DNA of 25,089 nucleotides from Alphaproteobacteria bacterium (GTDB lineage Bacteria > Pseudomonadota > Alphaproteobacteria > ATCC43930 > CGMCC-115725), in the NCBI GenBank assembly GCA_030037055.1, contig JASHRZ010000457.1, positions 1-25,089 on the forward strand, given 5' to 3'. Positions within the stretch are counted from its first letter, which is position 1. The number at the start of each line of letters is the position of its first letter. The notes under the pieces are model-generated. The model searched no databases and was not told where the DNA came from. It saw nothing but the letters and a program-made list of their open reading frames with translations. The position numbers and the translations under genes were made by a program. This document shows positions 16,360 to 24,095 of this stretch, piece after piece.

Positions 16360-17703
16360 CTAATAGACTGTGAGATCGGCGTTGGGCCAGGGGAGCGGCC
16401 CGTCGCCCGCGAGCGGCGGCGCCTCGCGGCGGATCTTGTGCCGCAGCCGGCGCTCCACTCGCGGCAGCAGGCGCGGCAGCAGCCGGCGCGCGCGCCGCAT
16501 TTGCCGGAGCGCCACCGCTGGATTGACGAGATGCGAAACCGGCGGTTTCTGCCCCATCGCCTGCAGCACGCGGCCGAGCGGCAGCTCCATCCGGTCTTGC
16601 AGCTCGACCATCATCGCCAGCAGCTCGGCGCCCTCGCTCAGCAGCGGCCCGAAGCCGTAGCGCGGCTGCATCGTGCCGATGATGTAGAGATGCCGATAGG
16701 CCGGCAGCAGCGCCCCGCCATAGACATGGGCGAGTCCGCCCGTCACCGGCACCAGCCCCTTCGGCAGGAAGGGGAAATCGACGTGATAGCCCGTGGCGCA
16801 GATCACGACGTCGTAGGCCTCGCTGGTGCCGTCGACGAAGGCGACGCGGCTGCCCTCGAAGCGGGCGACGTCCGCGCGCGGCGTGATGCGGCCGTGCTTC
16901 ACGTAATGCAGCAGCTCCGAGTTGATCGTCGGATGATGCTCGAAGATCTTGTGGTCGGGCAGCGGCAGCCCGTAGCGTCGGTAATCGCCAAACACCAGCT
17001 TGAGTGCGAAGCGCAACAGCAATCGCTGCAACGGCACCGGCAGCCACAGCGGCAGCGCCTCGACCAGCGGCTTGCCGAGGATGCTCTTGGGCAGAAACCA
17101 ATAGCCGCGTCGGAGGCTGAGGTCCGAGCGTGCGCCGACCCGCGCCGCCTCGCTTGCGATGTCGCAGGCGGAGTTGCCGCCGCCGATGACCAGCACGCGC
17201 TTTCCGGCGAGCTGCGCCGAAGCCTTGTAGTCCTTGGAATGAATGAAGGTGCCGGTGAAGGTGCCGGGGTAGTCGGGAAGGCGCTTCGACCAGTGATGGC
17301 CGTTGCACACCATCACGCCCTTGTAGACGCGCTGCTCGCCGCTGGCGAGCCCGACATCCCAAAGCTCGTCCCGGCGCGGCCGCGCCAGCACCACCTTTGT
17401 GTTGAACGCGATGGCGCCGCGCAGATCGAAATGCCGGGCATAGTCGCGGAGATAATCGATCATCTGCTGCCGGCTCGGGAAGTCCGGATAGTCCGCCGGC
17501 ATCGGGTATTCGGTGAATTCCGTCGTCTTGCGCGAAGAGATAATATGCGCGCTGGCATAAACGCCGTGATACCAATTGCCGCCGACATCGTCATCGGCCT
17601 CGAACTGGTCGTAGCCGATGCCGTGCGCCTTGAGCGCCTTGGCGACGCCGAGCCCGACCGGCCCGGCGCCGATCACCGCCATCCTGTCGCGACGATCCTC
17701 CAT
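16360..17703 (-). CDS. Flavin-containing monooxygenase (class B, FMO type)
   Basis: IGAGPVG (FAD), GGNW, FTGTFIHSKDYK (FMO fingerprint FxGxxxHxxxYK), IGGGNSACD (NADPH), CATGY. GGGAGG RBS. Confidence 0.94.
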   Translation of the reverse strand: MEDRRDRMAVIGAGPVGLGVAKALKAHGIGYDQFEADDDVGGNWYHGVYASAHIISSRKTTEFTEYPMPADYPDFPSRQQMIDYLRDYARHFDLRGAIAFNTKVVLARPRRDELWDVGLASGEQRVYKGVMVCNGHHWSKRLPDYPGTFTGTFIHSKDYKASAQLAGKRVLVIGGGNSACDIASEAARVGARSDLSLRRGYWFLPKSILGKPLVEALPLWLPVPLQRLLLRFALKLVFGDYRRYGLPLPDHKIFEHHPTINSELLHYVKHGRITPRADVARFEGSRVAFVDGTSEAYDVVICATGYHVDFPFLPKGLVPVTGGLAHVYGGALLPAYRHLYIIGTMQPRYGFGPLLSEGAELLAMMVELQDRMELPLGRVLQAMGQKPPVSHLVNPAVALRQMRRARRLLPRLLPRVERRLRHKIRREAPPLAGDGPLPWPNADLTVY

Positions 17704-17737
17704 CCGCCCTCCCGCGCCGCGTGGATCGCACCAGTTT

Positions 17738-17806
17738 TAGGCGACCTAGGCAACGCGTTGCGCGTCGGCTAGGGTGGTTCGCGGCCACTCTAGGGTAGGC
17801 CCCCTA
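17738..17806. promoter_or_regulatory. Candidate TetR operator sites in the divergent FMO/TetR promoter region
   Basis: TAGG-cga-CCTA (17738-17748), CTAGGGTGG-N7-CCACTCTAG (17769-17793) and TAGGG-N6-CCCTA (17791-17806); TAGG/CCTA half-sites are densely clustered. Confidence 0.4.
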
Positions 17807-17843
17807 TTTGTCAAACGGTATCTGCGTGAAGCGCGGTACGGCG

Positions 17844-18488
17844 GTGAAGACGCGGGACAGGATTTTGAAAGCGGCGCTCGGCCTGTTCAATGAGCGCGGC
17901 GAGGCCCATGTCTCGCTCGCGCAGATCGCCGGCAGGCTCGGCATCAGCGAAGGCAATCTCTGGTATCACTTCCGCGCCAAGCACGACCTCGTCTTGGCGC
18001 TCTTCGCCGAGCTCGAGGAGCGCATCGAGCGCACCCTCTCGCGCGAGCCGGCGTCGGCCGGCGCCGATCTCGCCTATTTCGGCGATTATGCGCGGCAGAG
18101 CTTCCGCGACATCTGGGAGTACCGTTTCCTTTATCGCCACCGCTTCGATCCCGACGCGGAAAGCGAGTTGGCGCAGCGCATCGCCGATCTCACCGAGCGC
18201 GCGCATCGCCGCACCGAGCGCATCCTCGCCGACATGGTGGCGCGCAGACTGCTCGCCGCCACCCCGCAGGAGATCTCCGAGCTCGCCGCCAATGCCTGGA
18301 TCATCTCGCGCTATTGGTTCGACTACTTGCAGGAGCGCCATGGCCTCGCCCGCATCACCGAGGCCGAGCTCCAGGCCGGCGTCAAACAGCTCTTCGCGCT
18401 CTACCGGCCTTATTTGACCGAGGCCGCCCGCGGCCAGATCGCCGCCGCCCACGAGACCGCGCCGAGGAAGAAGGCGGCGCGCGGCTAG
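17844..18488 (+). CDS. TetR/AcrR family transcriptional regulator
   Basis: KTRDRILKAALGLFNERGEAHVSLAQIAGRLGISEGNLWYHFRAKHDL helix-turn-helix. GTG 17844 chosen by analogy with the common MKTRDRIL start; GTG 17826 is an alternative. Confidence 0.93.
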   Translation: MKTRDRILKAALGLFNERGEAHVSLAQIAGRLGISEGNLWYHFRAKHDLVLALFAELEERIERTLSREPASAGADLAYFGDYARQSFRDIWEYRFLYRHRFDPDAESELAQRIADLTERAHRRTERILADMVARRLLAATPQEISELAANAWIISRYWFDYLQERHGLARITEAELQAGVKQLFALYRPYLTEAARGQIAAAHETAPRKKAARG

Positions 18489-18542
18489 TGCTCGAGATGA
18501 GACATGCCCGGGTCAGCGCGAGATCCTCGACGCTCCACGCCA

Positions 18543-18593
18543 CCCTCTCCGCCCCGGGGCGCGGAAAGGACCACGGTGAGGTGGGGCGACCAC
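18543..18593 (+). repeat. Degenerate palindromic intergenic repeat (REP/MITE-like), copy 2
   Basis: ccctctccgccccggggcgcggaaaggaccacggtgaggtggggcgaccac; same orientation and layout as 15382-15428. Confidence 0.6.
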
Positions 18594-18704
18594 AAGCTTA
18601 GGATCGTCGGTCCTAGGCTGCATTGCTGCGTGCCGTCGATGCCTTCCTTTATGGCGGTACCGACCGCATAGCCAACTCCGTCGGAACGTCCCGGGGAGAT
18701 TGCG

Positions 18705-20234
18705 GTGAACGAGACCTACGACCTCGCGATCATTGGCGGCGGCATCAATGGCTGCGGCATTGCGCGCGACGCGGCGGGGCGCGGACTCTCGGTCTATTTG
18801 TGCGAGCAGTCGGATTTGGCGAGCGGCACGTCCTCGGCAGCGACCAAGCTGATCCATGGCGGATTGCGCTATCTCGAATATTACGAGTTCCGCCTGGTGC
18901 GCGAGGCGCTGAGGGAGCGCGAGTTGCTGTGGCGCCTGGCGCCGCATATCGTCTGGCCCCTGCGCTTCGTGCTGCCTTATAGCAAGCGCCTGCGTCCGCC
19001 CTGGCTGCTGCGCCTCGGGCTTTTGCTCTACGATCATCTCGGCGGGCGCAAGCTGCTGCCGGCGACCCGCACGCTCGATCTCGGCAAGGATCCGGCGGGA
19101 AGGCCGCTCAAGCCCGGGGAGTTCACGCTGGGCTTCGAATATTCCGATTGCTGGGTGGAGGATGCCCGCCTGGTCGCGCTCAACGCCCGGGACGCGATGG
19201 AGCGCGGCGCCGCCATCCGCACCCGCACCAGGCTCGTCGCGGCCGAGCGCGACGCCTCTTGCTGGCAACTGACCACTGAGGACCGGCGGCGCGGCGGCAA
19301 GGCCGCGACGATCGCCGCCCGAGTCCTGGTCAACGCCGCTGGTCCCTGGGTCGGCGAGGTGCTCGCGCTGACTGAGGGACGGAACGCGCCGGTGCATGTC
19401 CGGCTCGTCCAGGGCTCGCACATCGTGGTCCGCCGGCTCTACGAGCACGACCGCTGCTACCTCTTCCAGAACGCCGACGACCGCATCGTCTTCGTCATCC
19501 CGTTCGAAGGCGACTTCACGCTGATCGGGACCACGGACACCGACTATGTCGGCGATCCCGCTGAGGCGAAGGCGACGGCAGCGGAGATCGACTATCTCTG
19601 CCGCACAGCGAGCGCGTATTTCGCCGCCCCGGTAACGCCGGCGGACGTGGTCTGGACCTATTCCGGCGTCCGCCCGCTCTACGATGACGGGACGAGCAAG
19701 GCGCAGGCCGCGACGCGCGATTACGTGCTGGAGCTCGATCTCCGCGGCGCGCCGCTGCTGTCGATCTTCGGCGGCAAGATCACCACCTATCGGCGCCTCG
19801 CCCAGCATGCGCTCGAGAAGCTCGAGCCCTATCTGCCCGCGGCTGCGCGCGCGCGGCGCGACTGGTCGGGCCAGGTGCCGCTGCCGGGCGGCGACTTTCC
19901 GGTTCAGGGCTTCGAGGCGCTGATGGCGGAGATTGCGCGCGATTATCCCTGGCTCGACGCGCAACAGTGCCGCCGCCTTGCGCGCGCCTATGGCACCAGG
20001 GCGCGCGCGGTCCTCGGCGACGCCGCCGGCATGGAGGATCTCGGCCGCGATTTCGGTGGCGGGCTGAGCGAAGCCGAGGTGCTTTATCTCATGCGCTGCG
20101 AATGGGCAGAGGAGGCGGCCGACATCCTCTGGCGCCGCTCGAAGCTCGGCCTGCGCCTGTCGCCCGACCAAGCGGCGGCGCTCGAGACCTTCATGGCCGA
20201 GTGCCGCAGCTCTTTGGTCGCTCCCTCCGCCTGA
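18705..20234 (+). CDS. glpD: Aerobic FAD-dependent glycerol-3-phosphate dehydrogenase
   Basis: DLAIIGGGINGCGIARDAAGRG, SGTSSAATKLIHGGLRYLEYYEFRLVREAL, VNAAGPW, QGSHIVV, WTYSGVRPL, GGKITTYR, LWRRSKLGL. Confidence 0.97.
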   Translation: MNETYDLAIIGGGINGCGIARDAAGRGLSVYLCEQSDLASGTSSAATKLIHGGLRYLEYYEFRLVREALRERELLWRLAPHIVWPLRFVLPYSKRLRPPWLLRLGLLLYDHLGGRKLLPATRTLDLGKDPAGRPLKPGEFTLGFEYSDCWVEDARLVALNARDAMERGAAIRTRTRLVAAERDASCWQLTTEDRRRGGKAATIAARVLVNAAGPWVGEVLALTEGRNAPVHVRLVQGSHIVVRRLYEHDRCYLFQNADDRIVFVIPFEGDFTLIGTTDTDYVGDPAEAKATAAEIDYLCRTASAYFAAPVTPADVVWTYSGVRPLYDDGTSKAQAATRDYVLELDLRGAPLLSIFGGKITTYRRLAQHALEKLEPYLPAAARARRDWSGQVPLPGGDFPVQGFEALMAEIARDYPWLDAQQCRRLARAYGTRARAVLGDAAGMEDLGRDFGGGLSEAEVLYLMRCEWAEEAADILWRRSKLGLRLSPDQAAALETFMAECRSSLVAPSA

Positions 20235-20238
20235 TCGC

Positions 20239-20826
20239 TCACGGCAGCCACTGCCGCCAGGCCGGCCATCCTTCCACCAGCTCGGCGATCAGCGCATAGC
20301 CGGCAGCGCCGGGATGGGCGCCGTCGCCGATGGCGAGCTCGAGCCGCCACAGCCCGATCGCCTTGAGCGGCGTGTAGAGATCGAGATAGGCGATGGCAAG
20401 CTCGCCGCAGAGCCTCGAGAGCGCGCGCGACAGCGCACCGATGCGCGCGTCGGCATCGTCCAGCGGCAGCGGCGGCGGACCCAGCATCAGCGTTGGATGG
20501 CGTGCCTTGGCCGCGCCGAGGATGGCGCGGGCGTTGACGAGCGAAGCTTCCTGGGCAAGCCGCGGCGCCCCGTCGTCGCGCACGCAGTCATTGCCGCCAA
20601 AGGAGAAGACGAGGCGGCCGTCAATGCCGGTGGGCAGCCGTCGCGCCGTTTCCTCGTGCCAGCGCCGGGCGATGTCGGCGCTGGTGTCGCGGCGGATGCC
20701 GAGATTGTAGGAGGTGAGGTCGTGGCCGCGCCGGCACGCGGCGGCCGTGACGCGGCCGGCCCAGCCGAGGCCGGTGGGATCGCCGGTGCCGTTGACCAGG
20801 CTGTCGCCGATGAAGCAGAGCCGCAT
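20239..20826 (-). CDS. SGNH/GDSL hydrolase
   Basis: Block I FIGDSL, block II NLGIRRDT, block III FGGND, block V DGAHP. GGAGGA RBS before ATG 20826. Confidence 0.92.
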   Translation of the reverse strand: MRLCFIGDSLVNGTGDPTGLGWAGRVTAAACRRGHDLTSYNLGIRRDTSADIARRWHEETARRLPTGIDGRLVFSFGGNDCVRDDGAPRLAQEASLVNARAILGAAKARHPTLMLGPPPLPLDDADARIGALSRALSRLCGELAIAYLDLYTPLKAIGLWRLELAIGDGAHPGAAGYALIAELVEGWPAWRQWLP

Positions 20827-20894
20827 CGCTTGTTCCTCCGCGCCGCTCCTGCCTATCATGCGCGCGCAGGCGAGCGGCGATCGAGAGAGAGGCC

Positions 20895-21236
20895 ATGAGC
20901 GTCACCATCTACCACAACCCGCGCTGCGGCAAGTCGCGCGCCACTCTGGCGCTGCTGGAGAAGAAGGGCATCCGCCCGCGCATCGTTGAGTATCTGAAGA
21001 CGCCGCCCGACAAGGCCGAGCTGAAGCGCCTGCTGCGTCTGCTCGGGATGAGGCCGCGCGAACTGCTGCGTGCGAAGGAGGCGAAGAAAGCGGGCCTCGA
21101 CAAGCCCGGCCTATCCGACGATGCGATCATCGCCGGCATGGTCAAGCATCCCATCGTCATCGAGCGACCGATCGTCGTCGCCGACGCCCGCGCCGCCCTC
21201 GGCCGCCCGCCCGAGGCGGTGCTCAAGATCCTTTAG
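20895..21236 (+). CDS. arsC: Glutaredoxin-dependent arsenate reductase family (ArsC/YfgD-like)
   Basis: IYHNPRCGKSR, VEYLKTPP, RELLR, IERPIVV, GRPPE; catalytic Cys and the conserved Arg triad are present. Confidence 0.9.
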   Translation: MSVTIYHNPRCGKSRATLALLEKKGIRPRIVEYLKTPPDKAELKRLLRLLGMRPRELLRAKEAKKAGLDKPGLSDDAIIAGMVKHPIVIERPIVVADARAALGRPPEAVLKIL

Positions 21237-21337
21237 GCGCGCGGCCGTCGTCGCCGACGGCGGCCCGGTCCTTGTCACGCAGGACAAGAACCGCGGCTCC
21301 ACGCAGGGAAGACCGCCGCCGAAGGAGCGGTGCTCGG

Positions 21338-22543
21338 CTATTCCGACTCGATCACCTTGCCGAAGAGCTGCCAGATCTTGCCGTCGAAGCGCGCGAGCTG
21401 CATCTCGCGGATCGGGAAGAACTGCGTCGGCCCGGTGCTGACCTTGACGCCGGGCAGCAGCATCGGAAGCTGCAGGTTGAGGCTCGCCGCCTGCTTCATG
21501 ATGTTCTCGCGGGTGAGCTGGTCGCCGCATTGCTTCAGCACCTGCACCAGCCCCTGCGCCACGTTGTAGCCGTAGACGTTGAAGCCGTCCTCCAGATTGC
21601 CGTCGGGATAGTATTTCTTCATCCAGGCGAGCCAGTCGAGATAGCCCTTGTCGTTGTGCCATTGCGGATCGGTCGGGTCCTTGAAATAGAGCAGCGAGAT
21701 GACGCCGATCGATTTTTCGACCCCCGCCGGCTGCAGCACCGCCGAGACCGAAGCGGAGACCGAATTCAGCAGCTGCAGCGGCTTCCAACCGATGTCATAG
21801 GTCTTGCGGATCGCCTGCGCGGCAAATTTCGGCGTCGTAACATTGTAAAACGCGTCGGCGCCCGAAGCCTGCAGCTGGATGATCTGGGAATCGATGGTCG
21901 GGTCGGAGGTCTCGTAGGTCGCCTCCGTGACGATCATGTTGGCGGCTTTGCTTCCAAGGCCGTCCTTCAGGCCCTTGACGTAGTCCTTACCGTAGTCATC
22001 GTTTTGGTAGAGGATGGCGATTTTCGCGTTCGGCCGCTCCTGGAGGAGATACTTGGCGAAGATATGCCCCTCTGTCTGGTAAGTGGGCTGCCAGCCGATG
22101 GTCCAGGGGAAATGCTCGGGATCGCCCCATTTGGTGGCACCGGTAGCGACAAAGAGCTGCGGCACCTTGCGATCGTTCAAGTATTTCTGGATCGCCGTGT
22201 TCGTCGGCGTGCCCAACGGGCCGAAGTCGAACAGCACGCCCTCCTGCTCCACCAGCTTCCGCGTCTGCTCCACCGCCTTGGGCGGGCTATAGCTGTCGTC
22301 GAGTGACACCAGGTTGATCTTGCGCCCGTTCACCCCGCCCTGCTCGTTGATCATTGCGAAGTACGCGGCTTCCGCCTTTCCGATAGTGCCATAGGCGGAC
22401 GCGGGGCCGCTATAAGGCATGGTCTGGCCGATCTTGATCTCAGTATCGGTTACGCCCGGCCCATAGTTCTTCTGCGCCGCCGCTGGTGCGGCGAGCGCCA
22501 ACGCGGCCGCGAGCGCCGACAATGCCAACCAGTGACTTTTCAT
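21338..22543 (-). CDS. ABC transporter substrate-binding protein, LivJ/branched-chain amino acid-like (orphan)
   Basis: Sec signal MKSHWLALSALAAALALAAPAAA, GVTDTEIKIGQTMPYSGPASAYG, GGVNGRKI, DDSYSP, LGTPTN, YQNDDYGKD. GGAGG RBS. Confidence 0.95.
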   Translation of the reverse strand: MKSHWLALSALAAALALAAPAAAQKNYGPGVTDTEIKIGQTMPYSGPASAYGTIGKAEAAYFAMINEQGGVNGRKINLVSLDDSYSPPKAVEQTRKLVEQEGVLFDFGPLGTPTNTAIQKYLNDRKVPQLFVATGATKWGDPEHFPWTIGWQPTYQTEGHIFAKYLLQERPNAKIAILYQNDDYGKDYVKGLKDGLGSKAANMIVTEATYETSDPTIDSQIIQLQASGADAFYNVTTPKFAAQAIRKTYDIGWKPLQLLNSVSASVSAVLQPAGVEKSIGVISLLYFKDPTDPQWHNDKGYLDWLAWMKKYYPDGNLEDGFNVYGYNVAQGLVQVLKQCGDQLTRENIMKQAASLNLQLPMLLPGVKVSTGPTQFFPIREMQLARFDGKIWQLFGKVIESE

Positions 22544-22921
22544 GATTTGCCTCCCATGCGGTCACGCCAGCAAGGCCGCGACAACTCGACTCAACCATCG
22601 CCGACCGACCGCGGGCAGATCGTCCTACGAAGCCGGTGCCACCGTCAACACGATTGGCGAGGGGCGTGCGCGATGTTGTCCTATCGACTCCGTCTGAGGT
22701 CCCCAGGCGACGTGCCGTTCTCGTTGAATTTGGCGATCGTGCGCATGAGAACGGCTGGATCTATGTGCGCTCTCGCGTATCGAACATGCTTGCAGGGGCG
22801 GAAGCCCTCGCGACCCATCCCGTGATGGTATCGCGCAAGTAAGGTTCGCCCAGCGGGAGGTCGTTGTCGGCATGGAGCCTCGCTAGACCCCTGCGCTTCG
22901 CCCCTGCGAGACATACAGGAC

Positions 22922-23608
22922 GTGTCGATCGGGCCGGTGATCGCCACGGGGATGCCGTCGCGTGCGAGCGCGCCGCGGCGGACTGCGGCCCAGTCGACGC
23001 GGCCGAGCCGATCGCCGGCCGCCGCGACGATGCGCGACCAGTCCCGCCGGTCGCTTCGGCGTCATGGCGAGCCCTTCGTCGAGCGCATCGGCTCGCGCCT
23101 TTTCGGCGTGGATCTCGAGCAGCAGCCTGTCGCCCGCCTATTTCATCCGGCTTTCCTCCGGGTAACCCGCACCGGCGTCCCCAGTCCCCTGCGCGACCTC
23201 ACGGTAGAACCGATGTCCTCGGGACAAAGCTGGAGGCAGCCACGGCTGACATTGCGGCCGACGCGGTCGGACTTGTTGGTGCCGTGGATGAGGTAGCGGG
23301 GCCAGCCGAGCCGCAGCTCAAACGCGCCAGCGGGTTGTCGCGGCCTGCCGGCACGAGCGGCGGAAGGTCCGGCCGTTCGGCGCGGATCGAAGCGGGCGGG
23401 ACCAGGCGGGGTCGGCCAATTTGGCGACGATTCGCATCTCGCCCGCCGGGGAGTCCTTGCTGGCGATGCCGCTGGGGAAGGTCTCGACCCTGTCGCCGCC
23501 CGGCGGAAAACAGGACAGCCGCCGCCGCGCCGGCGCCACTTGCTCGGCGAAGAGCGCGCCCAGCCGCAGCCGGACGTGCTCCCGGCGCCGGCTACCCCGC
23601 CGTCTCAT
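22922..23608 (-). pseudogene. Decayed ErfK/YcfS/YnhG-type L,D-transpeptidase
   Basis: Multi-frame reconstruction: RRLSCFPPGGDRVETFPSGI...EMRIVAKLADPAW / VPPASIRAERPDLPPLVPAGRDNPL / AFELRLGWPRYLIHGTNKSDRVGRNVSRGCLQLCPEDI (HGT at about 23278-23286; S-R-G-C at 23236-23247) / DRLLLEIH / RIVAAAGDRLGRVDWAAVRR...GIPVAIT (Ldt C-terminal-like). Not present in the ORF track as one protein. Confidence 0.85.
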
Positions 23609-23647
23609 CGCTGAGTCCTCCGGCGATCCTTTGCCGGCGAATGGCGT

Positions 23648-23908
23648 TTATTTCTGCAGGCTGCGATTGTACATCTGGTCAGCGCGCTGATTGGCCGCCT
23701 GCGCCTCCTGCTCGGCCTCTTGCGCGGTCTGCAGCGCCTGCTGTGCGGTCTGCAGCGCCTTCTCGGCTTCGGTCTTGCTCTGATTGGCAGTCGCGACCGC
23801 CGAGGACGCTTCGCTGGTCGCCGCCGGCGTCTGGCTGGCGCATGCGGCCAGCAACAGCGGCGCGGCGAGGAGCAGGAACGAAGCGCTACGCAAAATTTCC
23901 TTTCGCAT
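23648..23908 (-). CDS. Lpp/OprI-like alanine-zipper outer-membrane lipoprotein
   Basis: Lipobox LLAA|C at residue 23; mature chain is an Ala-rich heptad coiled coil ending ANQRADQMYNRSLQK with a C-terminal Lys. GGGAGG RBS. Confidence 0.85.
   Translation of the reverse strand: MRKEILRSASFLLLAAPLLLAACASQTPAATSEASSAVATANQSKTEAEKALQTAQQALQTAQEAEQEAQAANQRADQMYNRSLQK
23724..23760. repeat. 21-nt-period tandem repeat inside the lipoprotein gene (one heptad duplicated)
   Basis: gcggtctgcagcgcct occurs at 23724-23739 and 23745-23760, encoding ALQTAQQ-ALQTAQE. Confidence 0.75.
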
Positions 23909-24095
23909 CTCGGGCCTCCCAAGGCAAAGCGTGCGGCCGGTTGCCGCGCAGGCAACTATTGACCGCGCCAGCTAACGCGGCGATTGCCGCGGCATTAAAA
24001 TATTTTCGTGAAAGTCCCGTTAGGGGCGCTGGAAGTGCTGTGCGTCGCCGCCGTCGGCCGAGAAAGGGGCGGGCTCTCCCGCGACGTGCCGGTGC

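Noticed and set aside
18705-20826. glpD plus SGNH hydrolase as a glycerolipid catabolic operon
   Set aside because: The genes are convergent, and there is no glpK, glpF or glpR in the window; adjacency alone is not evidence.
20895-21236. arsC as an arsenic-resistance island
   Set aside because: No arsR, arsB/acr3 or arsH nearby; standalone ArsC/YfgD-like genes are common housekeeping genes.
21244-21288. Two hairpins between convergent arsC and the binding-protein gene as intrinsic terminators
   Set aside because: The stems are real (gccgtcg/cgacggc; cttgtc/gacaag) but there is no U-tract on either strand.
21338-22543. Orphan ABC binding protein without permease or ATPase
   Set aside because: Orphan LivJ-like paralogs are very common in soil alphaproteobacteria; not unusual.
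23941-24006. Palindromes upstream of the lipoprotein (ttgcc-gcgca-ggcaa; aaaatatttt) as CtrA or other regulator sites
   Set aside because: They do not match TTAA-N7-TTAA and are too short to support a call.
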